A DNA stretch of 36,078 nucleotides from a virus (taxonomy: Duplodnaviria; Caudoviricetes): the IMG/VR virus record IMGVR_UViG_3300008085_000069, positions 1 to 36,078 of that record; one strand, given 5' to 3'. Below are positions 33,717 through 36,078 of this stretch, piece by piece; the first letter of the stretch is position 1, and each line of letters starts with the position of its first letter. The notes under the pieces are model-generated. The model did not search any database. It worked only from the letters and a program-made list of their open reading frames with translations, and had not been told where the DNA came from. The translations under genes were made by a program, and so were the position numbers.

Positions 33717-36078
33717 GTGGCCGACATCTACGACGACATCATCGATCGCTCCTTCAAGCCGGAGAACCTCCAGCTCAAGGGGTCGATCTACACCTCCCTC
33801 GACAGCAACCCCGACGAAGAGGCCGGGCTGCACAAACTCGCGCAAAAGACCGGTCTGCCGGTGGAGGCGCTGCGCAAAGACCGGGGAGCCGAGGGCCGAC
33901 GCCGGGCCGCCCTGATCGACACCGAGCAGCTCCCCCAGCAGGCCCCGAAGACCGCCGAATTCGTCACCCTGCCGGATAATGCCGCCGTCGCCCATGACGA
34001 CCTTGCCAACCTCTCCGCCCTGGAGAAGCTGGTCACCGCCTTTCGCTCCGGCCGCGAGCAGCAGGAACAGGGACGGCTTTCCCACGCCCGCATGGCCGGG
34101 GAGATCTCCCTGGAGCAGGCCGACCGCTTCCAGACGCTGGAGCGCAGCGTGCGTTCCTCGCAGCGGATGATCGAGGGGGCCAGCGACTATGGCCTGCTCG
34201 ACGCCGCGCAGATCGCCGGCCAGATGTGGGACACCGCCGCCAAGTCGCTGCCGCTGGCCCTGGGGGCGGGCATGACCGCCGGGGGGACGGCCGCCGTCTT
34301 GGGGCAGGTGGGACCGCAAGCGCTGCTGCCCGAGGAGATCATCACCGTTCCGACCGCCTTCGCCACCGCTTTCGGTGTCGGCCTGACCACCGGCTTTCTC
34401 AACGATACGCGCAAGGTCGAAGCGGGCCATGCTTTTATGGGACTCTCGCAGATCCGCGGGGAGAACGGCGAGGCCCTGGACGAAGGTACCGCCGCGACTG
34501 CCGCCCAGACGGTGGGGGTGGTTAACGCCGCCATCGAAGGGCTGGGACTGAAGATCATCACCGCTCCCTACCGCAAGGCGCTGAAGCGGGCCATCACCGC
34601 CAAAGCCGCCGAGGGGGTTACGCAACTGACCGCCCGCCGGGCCGCCGGCCGCTTTGCTGTGGCCTACGGGACGCAGGTCGCCGCCGAGACCGGGCAGGAG
34701 ATCGCCCAGGAGACGGTGAACGTGCTGGCCGAAGAGATGGCCAAGATGGCCAGCGAAGGGGAGTTCGAAAAAACCTCCCCGGAAGAGGTCGCCTCTCGCC
34801 TGTGGGAGATCGCCTCCAAGACCGCCTCCGGCATGGCCTGGCTGGGCCTGCCCGGCGCTGGGATCTCGCTCAACAACGATCTGCAGGCGGCAAGAGCCGC
34901 GAAGAAGAACCAGCAGTTCATGCAGGCCCTCGGCGAGACCGCCCAGGCCTCGAAACTCCGGGAAAGACTGCCGGAGAAATTCAAGGAGCTGGTGGCGAGG
35001 ATCAAGGAAGGCGGGCCGGTGGAGAACATCTATGTCCCCGCCGAGCAGTGGAAGACCTTCTGGCAGGAGCGGGGGATCGATCCGAACGAGATGGCGCAGG
35101 GGCTCAACTATGCCGAGGCCCTGGCCACCGGCAGCGATGTGGTCATTCCCCTAGAGGAGTACGCCACCCGCTTCGCGGCCTCCGAATATCACGGCGAGCT
35201 GATGCGCGACGTGCGCCTGCGCGAGGATCAGATGACCCCCCGCGAGGCCGAGGAGTTCCAGGCCACCGCCGCCGAGCGCTTCGGCTCTCTGGTGGAGGAG
35301 GTTGAAGAGTCCGACTCCTCCCGCCAGGTCTACGAGGATGTCTTCGGGGAGCTGATCGGCATCGGCCGCGAGAGATCGACCGCCGAGCGCGAGGCCCTTC
35401 TGTGGCAGGCCAGGTACCGGGCCCGGGCCGAGCGCCTGGGCATGGACGCCTTCGAGCTCTACCAGCAGGCCCCCCTGAAAATCACCCGGCCGCTGCCGGA
35501 GGTCCTGCAGCGCGGGACCATCAACACCTCCATCGATCCCTATCTCGACACCCTGCGCTCCGGCGAGCTGCCCTTTGCCGATCATGGACCTTCCCTAGTG
35601 GAGTTCATGCGCGAGCGCGGCATTGCCGACGACCGCGGGGATCTGGCATCCATGGACGTGGACAAGGGGCGCAAGCCCTTCACCCGCAAGCTGCTGCGCG
35701 AAGACGGCATTGCCCTGGACAAGGCGGGGGAACTGCTGTGGGAGGCGGGCTACTTCCCCGAGAGACCGACCACCTCCGAAATTCTGGAGGCGGTGGATAA
35801 CGAGCTGCGCGGCACTCCCGTCTACGCCCAGGGGCGGATGGATCTGGAGACCGAGGCCAAGCGCCATGACCTGGAACAGCTCCAGCAGTATCTGCAGTCC
35901 ATGGGGGTCGACCTGGACGCGATGGACAACGAGCAGGTGCGCAAGGTTCTGGATCAGGGACAGGCCTTCGAAGCGCCCGCCGAATATGGTATGCTCTCCG
36001 AAGGAGCCGTCAATGAAGAGCAAGCCGAATTTGATTTCGATGCGCTACCACCAGAAGAGCAAAACGCTTCTGGACGGG
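33717..36078 (+). CDS. N-terminal part of the giant polyvalent ejection protein (continues at 1-4967)
   Basis: SD GGAGG, GTG start (MADIYDDII...), frame open to the window end; 35958-33717 is divisible by 3 and matches the frame of ORF 36..4967. Confidence 0.88.
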   Translation, partial: MADIYDDIIDRSFKPENLQLKGSIYTSLDSNPDEEAGLHKLAQKTGLPVEALRKDRGAEGRRRAALIDTEQLPQQAPKTAEFVTLPDNAAVAHDDLANLSALEKLVTAFRSGREQQEQGRLSHARMAGEISLEQADRFQTLERSVRSSQRMIEGASDYGLLDAAQIAGQMWDTAAKSLPLALGAGMTAGGTAAVLGQVGPQALLPEEIITVPTAFATAFGVGLTTGFLNDTRKVEAGHAFMGLSQIRGENGEALDEGTAATAAQTVGVVNAAIEGLGLKIITAPYRKALKRAITAKAAEGVTQLTARRAAGRFAVAYGTQVAAETGQEIAQETVNVLAEEMAKMASEGEFEKTSPEEVASRLWEIASKTASGMAWLGLPGAGISLNNDLQAARAAKKNQQFMQALGETAQASKLRERLPEKFKELVARIKEGGPVENIYVPAEQWKTFWQERGIDPNEMAQGLNYAEALATGSDVVIPLEEYATRFAASEYHGELMRDVRLREDQMTPREAEEFQATAAERFGSLVEEVEESDSSRQVYEDVFGELIGIGRERSTAEREALLWQARYRARAERLGMDAFELYQQAPLKITRPLPEVLQRGTINTSIDPYLDTLRSGELPFADHGPSLVEFMRERGIADDRGDLASMDVDKGRKPFTRKLLREDGIALDKAGELLWEAGYFPERPTTSEILEAVDNELRGTPVYAQGRMDLETEAKRHDLEQLQQYLQSMGVDLDAMDNEQVRKVLDQGQAFEAPAEYGMLSEGAVNEEQAEFDFDALPPEEQNASGR
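35956..36078. repeat. Terminal direct repeat (copy 2)
   Basis: Identical to 1-123. Confidence 0.97.

Noticed and set aside
35956-36078. 123-bp terminal repeat as a biological DTR
   Set aside because: It falls mid-gene and looks like an assembler overlap; the P22-like terS points to headful packaging with circular permutation

Overview
The window is a complete, circularly assembled phage genome of about 35,955 bp: bases 1-123 are repeated exactly at 35956-36078. It is GC-rich and podovirus-like, with a BPP-1/epsilon15/phiV10-type head, tail and ejection module and a lambdoid early region. The early region has an XRE repressor and a divergent RHH gene, ERF + YqaJ recombination genes, NinB, HNH, RusA, an initiator with internal iterons, and SSB. 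The SSB sequence suggests a Desulfuromonadales/Geobacter-type host (inference). No intact integrase is present, only an apparent remnant. Main observations: (1) five head or internal-virion proteins share an N-terminal leader ending in [GAI]-[AS]-[AT]-[VIF]-[IL]-T followed by C/S/T, suggesting an undescribed processing or capsid-targeting signal; (2) a canonical 59-bp integron attC site bounds a 347-bp gene cassette whose ORF is inverted relative to attC; (3) a ~2,401-aa polyvalent ejection protein with JAB and HExxH domains crosses the contig junction and is only partly in the ORF track; (4) an Acb2/Tad1-like candidate anti-defence sponge lies just after terL; (5) a 21-bp-phased operator array has a distant copy upstream of the replication genes. 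All family assignments come from motif recognition, not database searches.
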